Shown: one piece after another, positions 40,555 to 54,060 of the stretch
How positions within the stretch are numbered: position 1 is the first letter of the stretch
Layout: each line of letters begins with the position of its first letter
Origin: Eledone cirrhosa
Lineage: Eukaryota
NCBI GenBank assembly: GCA_964016885.1
Contig: OZ024745.1
Span: 124,000,001 to 124,064,000 of the forward strand
Direction of reading: 5' to 3'
Length of the DNA: 64,000 nt
The notes under the pieces: generated by a model
The model's input: only the letters and a program-made list of their open reading frames with translations
The model's database searches: none
Told to the model about the DNA's origin: nothing
Program-made: the position numbers and the translations under genes

Positions 40555-40783
40555 AACCAGTAAGACCCTGACAGCTGAGCTCAAGCCGTTTCGACGGCTA
40601 ATTCTGGACTAAATGAAAATTTATCCTAGGATAAATTTTCATTTAGTCCAGAATTAGCCGTCAAAACGGCTTGAGCTCAGCTGTCGGGGTCTTACTGGTT
40701 CCTATTACCCACTCTACTACCTCAAGTATTGAGTACTTTGGTGCGTTATGGTCCACCTGGTTCCTTACCACATTTCCTTCGTT
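40552..40783. mobile_element. Fold-back half-hammerhead element with zero-loop palindrome centre (CCT|AGG)
   Basis: About 78-bp arms around 40627/40628; same family as 31271; between (TA)n tracts. Confidence 0.75.
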
Positions 40784-40939
40784 ATATATATATATATATA
40801 AGAAATAGGATTTCGCTTCAGGCATAGCTTTATACAATATGCATAGAAATTTCGTATTTCGAAATAAATACGATTTTGGGAAGCCGTAGCTATGCGAACA
40901 CCCGGGGGCTAGCCGCCCTCTGGTGTTGTCCAGTGGGAG

Positions 40940-40990
40940 GGATCATCCTGACGATGGCCAATCAAGCCTGAAATGCATAGACGGTTGTCC
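40940..40990 (+). ncRNA. Minimal hammerhead, copy 1 (slightly degenerate)
   Basis: GATCATC-CTGACGA-TGGC(CAATCAA)GCCT-GAAA-TGCA-TA-GACGGTT. Confidence 0.7.
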
Positions 40991-41276
40991 CCATTGCTTC
41001 TGCTGGACAACACCAGAGGGCGCTAGTACCCCCCCCCCCCCCCCCGGTGTTCGCATAGCTTCGGCTTCCTAAAATCGTATTTCGAAAGAAATACGAAATT
41101 TCTATACATATTGTATGAAGCTATGCTTGAAGCGAAATCTTGTTTCTTTTCTATTATGAGTTGAGCCAACTTATGCAGCTTCATATGCAAATGAGATTAA
41201 TCACCTCATTTACACAGATGAGAAGACTATATGTTCTTGGCTGTTTTCAAGTCCACCAGTTGCAGAGCGGTGGGAG

Positions 41277-41324
41277 GGACCGTCCTGACGAAGGCCAGTC
41301 AAGCCTGAAATGCATAGACGGTTG
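41277..41324 (+). ncRNA. Minimal hammerhead, copy 2 (intact)
   Basis: GACCGTC-CTGACGA-AGGC(CAGTCAA)GCCT-GAAA-TGCA-TA-GACGGTT; palindromic ATGCAT stem III. Confidence 0.85.
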
Positions 41325-41447
41325 TCCCCCTTGCTTCTGCTGGACAACACCAGAGGGTGCTAGACCCCACCCCACCCTGGTGTTCGCATAGCTACAGCTT
41401 CCTAAAATCGTATTTCTTTTGAGATACGAAATTTCTCTCTATATATA

Positions 41448-41552
<105 letters not shown>

Positions 41553-42049
41553 GTGTATATATATGTATGTGTTAGCAGTTGTACTAATATAATGTGATTC
41601 ATAATAAAGGCATATATGAAATCATATACAATATATTTATATATAACAAATATACATAAATCTTGTTATTGGTATTTTCACATCTACCTCAGCAACTATA
41701 TAAGAATGTCAAACACTTATTTTTCAGTATCTTTATCCACCTTCAGTGACATATGTTCATTTGCTACTGAGGTAAAATAGGCTACAGCTTATATAGATTA
41801 TGCAGATGCAACTGGCATAGCTGTGACATAACCACAGCTTAAAATATCCATAACAAGACGTTTGTATGTTTATATAGCTAAACATATCTCTCATGTACAC
41901 AATATTTGATGCCTCTTATAACCAGTTTCTCTCTCTTCTCACCCATGCTTTGTTGTTCATACACATTAACATCATATATTAACTGAACAATGCTTGCTTT
42001 ATATATAAATATATGCATATGTATACATAATGTAAGAATGTATATATAT

Positions 42050-42350
42050 ACAAGGATATTAAATAAATGGAAACTATATTTATAAAACCATATTTATTTT
42101 ATTATATATATTTCAAGGGTACCAAGACACATTGGTACGCTTTCATCAGATAAAATATAAATTTGTTTTATAAATAGCGACATACCCATGAAAATCATAC
42201 CTTATCGGTTGGAAATTCACTGGATAGTCACTATCCAGTGAATTTCCAACCGATAAGGTATGATTTTCATGGGTATGTCGCTATTTATAAAACAACTTTG
42301 TATTTTATCTGATGAAAGCGTACCAATGTGTCTTGGTACCCTTGAAATAT
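42050..42350. mobile_element. Fold-back hammerhead element, left part (continues at 45172-45326)
   Basis: Palindrome centred at about 42229; + strand TATTTTAT-CTGATGA-AAGCGTACCAA(TGTGTC)TTGGTACCCTT-GAAAT is interrupted by the RTE; intact mirror hammerhead on - strand about 42093-42157. Confidence 0.8.
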
Positions 42351-45171
42351 CATCATCATCATCATCATTTAACGTCCATCTTCCACGCTTGCATGGGTTT
42401 GGACGGGAGTTTTCCCACTTGAGGCAAGATTTGTCGTATAGGACTGTCTGGCGGGTTTTCTACGGCTGGATGCCCTTCCTAACACCAACCACGTTTACAG
42501 TGTGGACTGGGAGGTTTTTACCGTGTTACCTACACGGCCACATTACAGCGTGGACTGTGTTTTTTTGTCGTGACAACTACACGACCTCATTTGTTTCGGA
42601 CTGGATGTTGTGGTACCAACATAACTTCACATTGAAGGGGGTGGTGTGGATGGGGTGGGGTAGTGGGACAGGGGTGTATTTTTGTTAGAGGTGCCTACCG
42701 ACTAGGTTTCGCTTTGTACTTAGGCAAGGTGGGTCTTCTGTATTACTGTGTAGCGCCAAAGATCTCGGTCCAGTGACATTGTCTTGGAGAGGTGTAAGTG
42801 TGTGAGGTCAGAATTTATCAAGTCGTCCCAGGTTTTTCTGGGTCTGCCTACTCCGTGGCTACCGTCTATTTTTATCGCCCTGCACTTTTTTTATACAGCT
42901 ATCGTCTTTCATGCGCATCGTGACCATACCAACGTAGTCTTCTCTCGAGTAAACAACATCTGTGTGTCCCACCGTTCCAGATGCTTTCAGCATTTCAGCA
43001 ACTATTTCCAAAGGCCCTACCTGTCTTCCGAAGGCCTTACCCGTCTTCATATCTTTGATTGCCTTACTTATTATACTACCTTCAACTAGCACTGCTGGTC
43101 CCTCTATTGGATCGATGTGGGGGAGACTGTCTTTCTCCCATTTATTCTCCTCATTTAATAGCCTTTCGTAGTGACACTTCCAAGCTACCTTCTTATCAGC
43201 GTCAGTGATGGCAAGTACACCATCATCATTAAGGACACACTTCTCCCCGACAATATCACGGTTTTCCTTGACACATTGCCTAGCAATTCTGAACACCTCA
43301 CGTTTTTGGTCCTCGCGTTGTAGAACATGCTTGAACTTTCTTTCCTCTGCTTCCCTTCTTGCGAAGTACACTTGTCTCCTAGCTTCCCTCCTGGCCACTT
43401 GATAGTCTTCTCTACTTCCCCCATCCCGCCATACTTTCCAAGTCTGCTTTTTGGCCTTAATTGACTCCTCCACCCATCAAGTAATATGCTTTTAAATTTA
43501 TTACTGGCTGTGGGGTCCTTTAACTTCCATATTTTTCTCCTAAGGATAGTCGTCCTCTGTTGTGGAATACGTCTCGTCCTGACTATGATGTCGCTGACTA
43601 TGAGTCTATGTTGGGAGGTGCATTCTTCATGGGGAAGGGATTTAGTGTTTACAACAGACACTCTATCATGTCTTCTGGTAAGAATATAATCTATCTGACT
43701 GGTGTGTTCCCCTAATCTATAGGTGATCAAGTGATTGTCTCGTTTTTTGAAGTTAGTGTTACAGATAGTTAGGTTATTTATGTCACAGGATTCTGGAGCC
43801 TTCCTCATTTCTAGTACCAAACCTATAGCCTCCATGGATTCCGTCATAGCCGTCACAATGTTGTCCAACGTGACCATTTAGGTCGCCAGCAATAATTATG
43901 TAGTCACTGTCGGTTATTTGGGAGGTAGTGAGCATCAATGTCTCATAGAATCTGTCTTTTATAGTGCCAGGCAGTCCTGATTGGGGTGCATACGCAGATA
44001 TTACTGTCACAGTAGTTCTATTTAGGACAAGTCTTATTCTGTCGTTCACTCTATTTACGTCTATTATCTTATCTACCCATTTTTCTGCTAACATGATTCC
44101 TATCCCACCCAGCCCATTGTCATTTCCCACCCAGAAAAGCTTATAGCATCGTTTTTTACCCACAATGAATCTAGCAGACCCACCCCTCCACCTGGTCTCT
44201 TGGATACAGCAAACATCAACCTCCTTACGTTCAAGCATTTCTACAACCTCATTAGAGCGACCTTTTAAGGTGCCTACATTCATGGTACCAACTCTGAAGG
44301 TTTGGATTGCGTTTGGTGGGTGGGAATGGTGGGGCGTGGGGAGGGGTTAGGGGGATGGGGTTGGGGGTATGTTGGCCATCCGCGGCTGAAACAAAGAGGA
44401 GGAGTCCTTGCCTTTTCGTCCGGCAGCATGAGGTGAATTTATCTTTATCTTTGGCATTGTCACTGAGTGTCCAGATTTTTCAGACTCTCCAGAATTCCTT
44501 AGTCCATCCATCATATCGAAAAGCAACCAAGAGAAGTGATAGCATAGGCCGTTGACTTATGATTGGTCCAAATAATAATGGTGGAGAGTGGGGGCGGGTG
44601 GGAGGAGTATGGGGTAGTTAGCAAGAGGGTTTAAATAAAATCTTCGAATTTTGGGCATAATTGTACAAGCATATAACAGTAATAAGCGAATAATGGGATT
44701 TTAAAATACAAGAAGATTATTTAGAACAACCAGACAGAATTATAGAATAGCATTGAGAAAGAGCAAAAGATTGGATTCTGGGCGATGATACGGATATATG
44801 AATGAATGAACCAAGAGGCTGGAGAGACAAGAAAAAATGGCATTTTACATTATATTTCACAGGAGAGCGAGCAGGTCTGACCATTAATAAGCGTTGACAA
44901 ATTCTGAGATTCGTACCTCATAACAGGTTTATTTATATTTGGTGAGAGAAGGGAGTGATTGAAAGGGTGAACCAGCAGGCGCGTATACGATAAGGGGGGG
45001 GGGGGTAAAGATTAAGAAGGACAAGGAGGCCATTTTATAAATCCTAGAATTTTTGGCCGAAATTAAACAAACACGATTGTTATTTTAGAAAAACAAATCG
45101 GGTAGTTAGCGAGAGGGTTTAAATAAAATCTTCGATTTTGGGGCATAATTGGACAAGCATATAACAGTAAT
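42351..45171 (-). mobile_element. RTE LINE with 5' UTR and APE endonuclease, RT internally deleted, (GAT)n tail
   Basis: GTMNVGTL, CIQETRW, SAYAPQ, GDLNGHVG and QIDYIL motifs; jump at about 42960 from the pre-RT region straight to the ORF C-terminus. Confidence 0.9.
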
Positions 45172-45477
45172 AATATATATAATAAAATAAATATGGTTTT
45201 ATAAATATACTTTCCATTTATTTAATATCATTGAATATTTACTCCAATAAACTGTTGAGTGCTCTAAATCAGTTATAAACAATTATATTTGTCGGACTTC
45301 CAACAAATTAAATACCCCTTCTACTTATATATATATATATATATACAGATATACACACACATACATATATATATATATATAAATATGCATATAGACGTTA
45401 AACGATGATGATGATGATATATATACTACCAAAATTAGATTAAAGATGCCATGTCTGAGAATATCATATATATATAT

Positions 45478-45668
45478 GTTTATCCCGGGTTCAATCGGGG
45501 GTAACCATAGTAAGTAAGGTACTCAATACATAGCAGAGTATAAATATTTGATATAGAAATGGCTTCTACAGGACTAGAACTGTTTAATTCGGGATAAATC
45601 ATCAGGAAGCCCTGATAATTTCTCCCGAATAAAACAGTTCTAGTCCTGTAGAAGCCATTTCTATATTA
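45478..45668. mobile_element. Fold-back element with a degenerate hammerhead; tail also at 30540-30600
   Basis: Palindrome centred at about 45608; - strand GGCTTC-CTGATGA...(T)AAA-CAG..CTG-TA-GAAGCC. Confidence 0.55.
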
Positions 45669-45714
45669 AACACACACACACACACACACATACATACATA
45701 TATATATAGAGAGA

Positions 45715-45845
45715 GAGTCTGCGGTGCTGGGACTGAGGAGACCACTAATCACATGATGAGTACTCAATACATGGAGAGACGTAGAGTGGGTATAGAGATA
45801 TGTAAAATCCTGACTGCTCTGCCAAACAGTTTCGACAAGAATATC
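45715..45845 (-). mobile_element. Truncated element with hammerhead 3' half and conserved tail hairpin
   Basis: - strand CGAAA-CTGTT(TGGCAG)AGCAG-TC, then CCACTCTAC...GTATTGAGTAC. Confidence 0.6.
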
Positions 45846-47544
45846 AATCAATTTCATCTCTATTTTTATTTCCCTTACTATCTACCATACTGCCAATTAT
45901 TTTCTATAATACCCATTACCCTTATTGCCTTTAACCAGTCTCAGTCATTTTAATCATCTAAATACAATTCAATTTGAAATACTATTCCTTATTTGTAGCA
46001 GCTAGGCCTACCATTTTCAAGAATCTATTGCACCACTTCCTTGACCTCTTAACTATTATTGTTTCAACAGTCTTCCATTACAATGTTATAGACAAGAACA
46101 CATCTATAGACCATTAAAAGCAAGAAGCCAAAATAAGATTAGTTTCATAAGATCACTGATCTCAGCATATTCGAAATCACTAACTTTGCACAATACACAT
46201 TATCAATAGATTATTTAAAGACACATCGAAGGAATACACCTCAAAGGCAACATTAAGAAATACAACTCTCTATGAACTAAAATAGCTAAACTAATGAAAG
46301 CTAGAAAAGGAAGCTTAAATACAAAATAACAGAATTTAAACAAAAATATCTAATAAAAACACATAAAAGAAAATTAAATAATAACATAATGAAGAGATAA
46401 CACCTTTCTCCTCGCTGCTTTTTTTTCTTTCTGCTAAAAACAAAAACAAACAAAAACAAAAACAAAAAAAATCAGAGAATTGGCAATTCTTCATTCGTAT
46501 CCACCTGATACTAAAATACCAACAGCAGAGAAAATGATTACAAATATCAGCATTTTCTTAATTGGTTTCATTCTACACTACAATAACGACATACCTAGAG
46601 ATCAAAGCAACAAGGAAACATTCTCTTCAAATATACAGCTATAATATTTTTGACTATTAACCTTATCTTGAAAAATGAAATATTTTTTTCAATTCCATGA
46701 TAAATATTTATGCATGACACATTGTATATTAGAGCATCTAAGATAAATTTAATGTTGGTATAATTACAGTTTTAAATTATAAACCTCGTAGGGAAAAAAG
46801 AAAAGGTGTAAATGTATTTTCTTATTCTTTTCATACACAGAAAAACATAAGATTCACAGATTGTTGGCTGTTCATCAGAAGACAAGTACCCCTTATCATT
46901 TCTCTCACAAAGATATCTTACAGCAATAAATAGTGATATCACACAGAACCAGAATGTAACTGCATAACATGATTAATTGAATAGTAAATATTTATGCAAG
47001 ACAGTGTATAATTACAAAATATAAGATAAAGAAGAGTGTTCAATGAAGATTTTCATGAAATAAACTGTTGTGACATTTTTATTTTTCTGGTTTTGTTTGG
47101 GTTGTTGTGATAGCAAGATATAGGTAAGGAATGTGAAGCCACAAAAAAGCTGAAATAACGGAAATGAAAATAGTTCTGTAGTTCACAGTGAGGAAGATAA
47201 AAAAAAAAATGAAATGCAGAGGATGATGGAAATACAGCCAATATTTGTTGTGAAGTGAGATGGTATAAGATGGTTGGGTCATGTGTGAAAGAAGGATGAA
47301 AGTGATTGGATGAGAGAAGAGTGATGAAAATTGATATGGCAGGAAGTAGAGGAAAAGGAGGACCAAGAACGATATAGTTAAAAATGATGAAGGAAGACAT
47401 GAAAACTAAGATTTTAGTGAGTGGATATGCAGAGAATAGGACAAAATGGAGAAGCTTTTTATGGAGTTCTGCAGGTCTAACCACTCTTCAGTATGGAAAA
47501 TATCTTTGTTGTGGCTGTTGTTTCTGATATTTTTTTTACGTTAT

Positions 47545-48110
47545 AGTGTTGTTGTTGTTGTTGTTGTTATGGTGTTGTTGTTGTTGTTATGATGATGTTG
47601 GTGTTGTTGTTGTTATGATGATGTTGGTGTTGTTGTTATGGTGGTGTTAGTGTTTTGTTATGGTGGTGTTGGTGTTGTTGTTGTTATGGTGGTGTTGGTG
47701 TTGTTGTTATGGTGGAATTGGTGTTGTTGTTATGGTGGTGTTGGTGTTGTTGTTGTTATGGTGGTGTTGTTGTTGTTATGGTGGTGTTGGTGTTGTTGTT
47801 GTTATGGTGGTGTTAGTGTTGTTGTTATGGTGGAATTGGTGTTGTTGTTGTTATGGTGGTGTTGTTGTTGTTATGGTGGTGTTGGTGTTGTTGTTATGGT
47901 GGTGTTAGTGTTTTGTTATGGTGGTGTTAGTGTTGTTGTTATGGTGGCGTTGGTGTTGTTGTTGTTGTTGGTGTTGTTGTTGTTGCCATTGCTACTGCTG
48001 TTGCTGCTGATGATGATGCTGTTGCTGTTTCTGCTGCTATTGTTGCTATTGTTGCTGCTACTGCTGCTGCTGTTACTGATGTTGTTGTTGCTGCTGCTGT
48101 TGTTGATATT
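47545..48110. repeat. (GTT/GGT/GCT)n trinucleotide tract
   Basis: Direct reading. Confidence 0.9.
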
Positions 48111-49379
48111 GTTTAATTTGTGGAAGTGTATATCACAGAAACATTTCATGAAAAAAATTTATCAAAATCTGAGACATCTTGGTAATTAGATTGTCAAACT
48201 ATCCAACTCCTCTCTAGAGATGAAACATTTTTCAATATTTACACTTACACTACTTTTCAATAGCTTTGATCTCTAATCATCATCTAGTGTTTTATTCCTA
48301 GGTGTGTACATGTACATGTGAAGGTACAAGACTTCTGGTTAGGCTGTTCAGCTCATGATTACAAGGTCAGGATTTCAATTTCAAAACCAAGCATTCCATT
48401 ATATCTTTGAGCATGAGACTTTATTTCTTATTAGTTCAGTCCACTCAGCCTGGCAAAGCAAGTATAACATTTACCTGTAATTAAAGGGGCTACACTTATT
48501 ACACATTGTGTCATGCTGTTTCTCCTTGAATTTCTTTTAACCATTTAGCATTTAAACTAGCCATATCCGGCCAGAATTATCTCACCTCTTTTTGTTCAAA
48601 CCAGCTGTAACTGACCGCTCATACTAATGTTAAGGTATTGTTCTCAAAATAAATAATATCAAAATCTCATAGATTCGATATTATGTGAGGTAAAGCCTTT
48701 ACCATGAAAATACAATAGAAAATATAGAATAATGTAAATGCTAAAAGGTTGGGTGGTGGGGCACATGTTTGTGGAATGCTCAGCTACATATATGTCAATT
48801 TCACAAGAGCAGTTCCATTGATTCAATCAACAGGAGCATTCATCATCAGGTATGATGGAGGTTCAACAACAACACAGTACTGAACTATATTCAGATTAGG
48901 AGCCTTTATTTTTAAACTGACAGTATTATTTTAAAACTAATTTGTGAACTACCCCAGTAAAATAGTATGTATAATATTATTGCCTTTAGTTTAGAAATAA
49001 AGGCTGCTAGTCTAAATCAAGTTTTGGTCTATGTACACATACATAAACAAGGAACTCTAAAATCAATACAATTATAATATGTGTATATGTAAACATTGTT
49101 TGAATTAAATAATGATTAATATAATTCATATTCAAAGGTGATAGGCTAAGAGTACTTGCTTTCAGATGCACAACTGACTAGTTGTGAAACATGTAAAAGC
49201 AATCAATCTCTTATGTTTCTGTGTACATAGAAATAGGAAAATGTGTTTACACTTCTTCGTATTTCATAATGAGGCTTGTCATTTAAAACTATAGTTATAT
49301 TTACATATATGAAAACAACCTGACTGCAATCAGTTGAGGTATGCCTGATCAAATTAACAAAGAAATCATAGCAACCCAT

Positions 49380-50555
49380 TCAGAAATAATAATCAAGGAC
49401 TAAAAAACAAAAAAAAAAGGAAATCCATATGCACACTGATAGACACTGCAATCCCTTCTGACTAAAATATTGTCTGGAAAGAAGAGGAAAAACTGTCAAA
49501 ATATAAAGATCATGAAATTGAAATATACAAGATATGAGACATGAAGGTAAAAACAGTGTCAATAATAATCAGAACACTTGTTATGATATGAAAAAAGATA
49601 TGAACACAAACATAGAAGCCTTATCTGCGATCAAAACATTACACTCTATAAAAAATATCTCTGCTAGAAACAGCCCATATCCTGTGCATAACATTATTGA
49701 TTCAATAGCACAGCTCAAATATTTCCATACATAACACACACACTGTACCATAAGCACCTAATAAAACCTTACAACTCACACAAAATGCATAATGCAGAAC
49801 ATGCAGAAAACTGGTTTGAACACAAGCCACAATGATTAACTGGGACTGAAGGTGCAACAATCCTTTGGAACTTCACCATTCACACAGATCACACTACTAA
49901 TGCAAAACACCCAGATATTATTATGAAGATTTTAAAACACGACCTGCTTACTCATTGACATGACTGTACCTTCTGATAGAAATGTATTAGCAAAAGAGTA
50001 GAGAAACTTGCTTAATATAGATATCTAGAAATTGTGATAAACAGAATGTGGCACCTTAAAACCCAAACTATTCCAGTATTGATAGGAATTCTAGGTGCCA
50101 CAAAGAACAGTGTTCAAAAGTTTCTAGAAAACATACCTGGTAAACCTAGGATCAATGAAATCCAAAAGATAGTTTTAACAAGTACCTTTGACATACTTCA
50201 TACATTTTTGTCTTTGTATTATATGTCAACACACAATCTTTTTTGTTTAATTTTTATTGATATTTAATATCATTCAAATATCCTTAATGCAAAATTATTT
50301 CATAGGTTTTATACCTGTTAATACTTCTTTTTATCTCCTACTCCTATCTTTCTATATTTATTTTCTCAATTTTTTCTAACTTATTTACCTATCAACATTT
50401 GTGATGTAACTTGTTAAATGAATGTAAGGATGGAACAGTATATAAAAAAGTTATTGAAAACTGTCAAAACCAACAGTGCCTACCCTAAGTATCTGGTTGA
50501 TACTTGGTACTCATTGCATATAAAGTGAAATCAAAGGAAAATATTTTAATAATAA
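49380..50555 (+). mobile_element. Old R4/Dong-type LINE 3' fragments
   Basis: ILWNFTIHTD..HPDII..IDMTVPSDRNV and MWHLKTQTIPVLIGILG REL-domain remnants; ends at (TAA)n. Confidence 0.65.
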
Positions 50556-51521
50556 TTGTTTTTACTTTTGGCACAAGGCCAGCAATTACCCCAGTGCATT
50601 ACTGGCACTTTATTTTATCAACCCCATAAGGATGAAAGGCAAAGTTAACCTCGGCAAGATTTGAACTCAGAACATAAATGTCCATAACTCTATGCTGTAA
50701 AGTATGGTGTCTGATGCTCTACCGATACTGCTACAGCATTTATAATTATCTATTTTTTACTTAATACTAATAACTAACAAACATTTGTTTATGATGAAAA
50801 AAACCTTGGTAGTCTGTTAATCTTTTTGATACCAATCTGAAACTGTTCTTGCTAATTTTAAATTGTTTATATCAATTTAAAAAGTTTCATAATTTTATTT
50901 AAGAAACTTTGATATATTCTGAAAACCAGCCAAATAATAAAAAAAAAGTTTATTTTATTTCTAAATCCTTTCAAATTCTTGATTATTTTCAAAATTTGAA
51001 AATAATAGACTGATTTTTGTGAGAAATATATAGCAAAAGGGTTAAACAAATAATTTTACTGAGAAAATGGTAAATGTTCTTGAGAATGATAGATGGGAAT
51101 AAGATCGAGAAGATTATTGGATATATTAATAGTTAGAAAGATTGGAGAAGGTTTTATTGTTTTTGTTGAGGTTGCAACAATCAATTTTACTCAAACACAC
51201 CTGTGCTATAGAAATAACTAATTGAATATTTAGGAGCCCAGCAGACTGGGTTTGCTGTTATTTCACCTCACCTATCGCCAGATTGTACATTAGTTTAAGG
51301 ATTGTTTAATTGTCTTGTATTCAATGAAGAAGTTAGGTCATATTCCTTAAAATGACATACAATCTTTTTTCATATATATATATAATAAATGTAATTTGAG
51401 TTTTTCAAATATTAATAATAACATTTGATTTGTTTGTAATTATGCAAACAAGCCTCATTTTTAAAGCCATGTCAGTAGAATGAGCACCTCATTCTTGCTC
51501 TTGTGTTGGCTTGTAAACAGA

Positions 51522-51567
51522 ACTGCAGACACTAATGTTTCTGGGTATCACCCTTCATCAGTACAGC
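51522..51567 (-). ncRNA. Solitary type I hammerhead motif
   Basis: GCTGTA-CTGATGA-AGGGT(GAT)ACCCA-GAAA-CA(TTAG)TG-TC-TGCAGT; one mismatch at the base of stem II. Confidence 0.65.
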
Positions 51568-51714
51568 TCACTGTTCACTTGCCAACTGTTAGAGCTAGTG
51601 AAAATATGGTATTTTCTAAAATATACAGTGATTGATTGGCCTGATTTTCATATTATATATATATTTATATAAAATGGTGTAGACATTACAATACAATAGG
51701 AAAGAACGTAATAA

Positions 51715-51758
51715 TACCACTGATGATGTTGCAGATCTGCAATGAAAGAACTTTGATA
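51715..51758 (+). ncRNA. Degenerate hammerhead motif
   Basis: TACCA-CTGATGA-TGTTGCAG(AT)CTGCAAT-GAAA-G(AA)C-TT-TGATA. Confidence 0.4.
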
Positions 51759-52228
51759 GACTATATATATATCATTTTTTAAAAGGTAATATTTGAAGCT
51801 CTAGTTAAACTTTAATTAGTTACCTACCTAGCTATGTGTGATTACACACTTTACAAATTATCCCCTGTGATTGTTTCATGTGTTTATTTTAAATATATAT
51901 ACATGTCAATCAATTTCTAGTTGATATAATATGCTTGGATCTATTCATTGGAATCTTTGAGCCTATTCTACGGTGGATATGGCGCATGTTTCGGACATGA
52001 CTCCCTTAATTTAATTTAATTAAATTTATTTTGGATATATATATTTATATCTGTATTTTTAACCGCTGGTCAATCAATAATAAGCATTGATTGCCAAATA
52101 AATTAACTATGGAGATATAAAAGATACAAAAGCAAAAACCAACCAAACAGTGAGTGTGTTCTGTTATTATTTCTGCCAATATTACAACAATATGACCCTC
52201 CCCAAGTATAACAATATATAAATATATA

Positions 52229-53567
<1,339 letters not shown>

Positions 53568-53717
53568 TGGAAGTGTAACTTGGAGTTAATGTAGGTTCAC
53601 CCGGGTGAGCACTCGATGTTTAGGTTCACTTCAGTATTGAGGTGTAGAGCTAGACAGAGTGTATTATAGTGAAAAGATAACAAGGACGATTGGTTACTCC
53701 TTCATTACATTTATTAG

Positions 53718-53805
53718 TTGGTGACGCGCGTTTCGCCACTGATCAGCTCAAGGTTTGATCTGTATCGATCTTACCCAACTCTGTAATCTGTGGCTCGTCG
53801 GACCC
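53718..53805 (-). ncRNA. Hammerhead motif with a core point change, inside element 53566-53830
   Basis: GGT-CCGACGA(CUGACGA with U>C)-GCCAC...GTGGC-GAAA-C(GCGC)G-TC-ACC. Confidence 0.6.
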
Positions 53806-53842
53806 TTTGAAATGCTAGTAGAAAATATATAATATATATATA

Positions 53843-54060
53843 TAGTAATAATAATAAATTTGAAGACTAAAATCCAAAGAGTGCTCGATAGGGATAAATA
53901 TATATCAAATGTATAAGAACCGTAGAGTAAATATTTATTAAAATAACAGATTAAAGTTTAAGCAAAGAATCGCTGCTTTCACCCTTAATGGGATCTTCGA
54001 AGATCCCGTTAAGGGTGAAAGGAGCGATTCTTTGCTTAAACTTTAATCTGTTATTTTAAT
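53843..54060. mobile_element. Fold-back element with degenerate hammerhead remnant
   Basis: About 60-bp arms centred on TCTTCGAAGA (about 53998); GAAGA-TCCC..GGGT-GAAA; tail hairpin on - strand. Confidence 0.55.

Larger units (their letters stand above)
40801..41437 (+). mobile_element. Retrozyme-like element with two tandem hammerheads 337 nt apart and an inverted 5' segment
   Basis: 40801-40933 is the reverse complement of about 41000-41147; direct repeats 40934-41105 and 41271-41436; flanked by (TA)n. Confidence 0.8.

Noticed and set aside
47638-48189. Hydrophobic or Cys/Gly-rich ORFs
   Set aside because: Translations of a trinucleotide microsatellite
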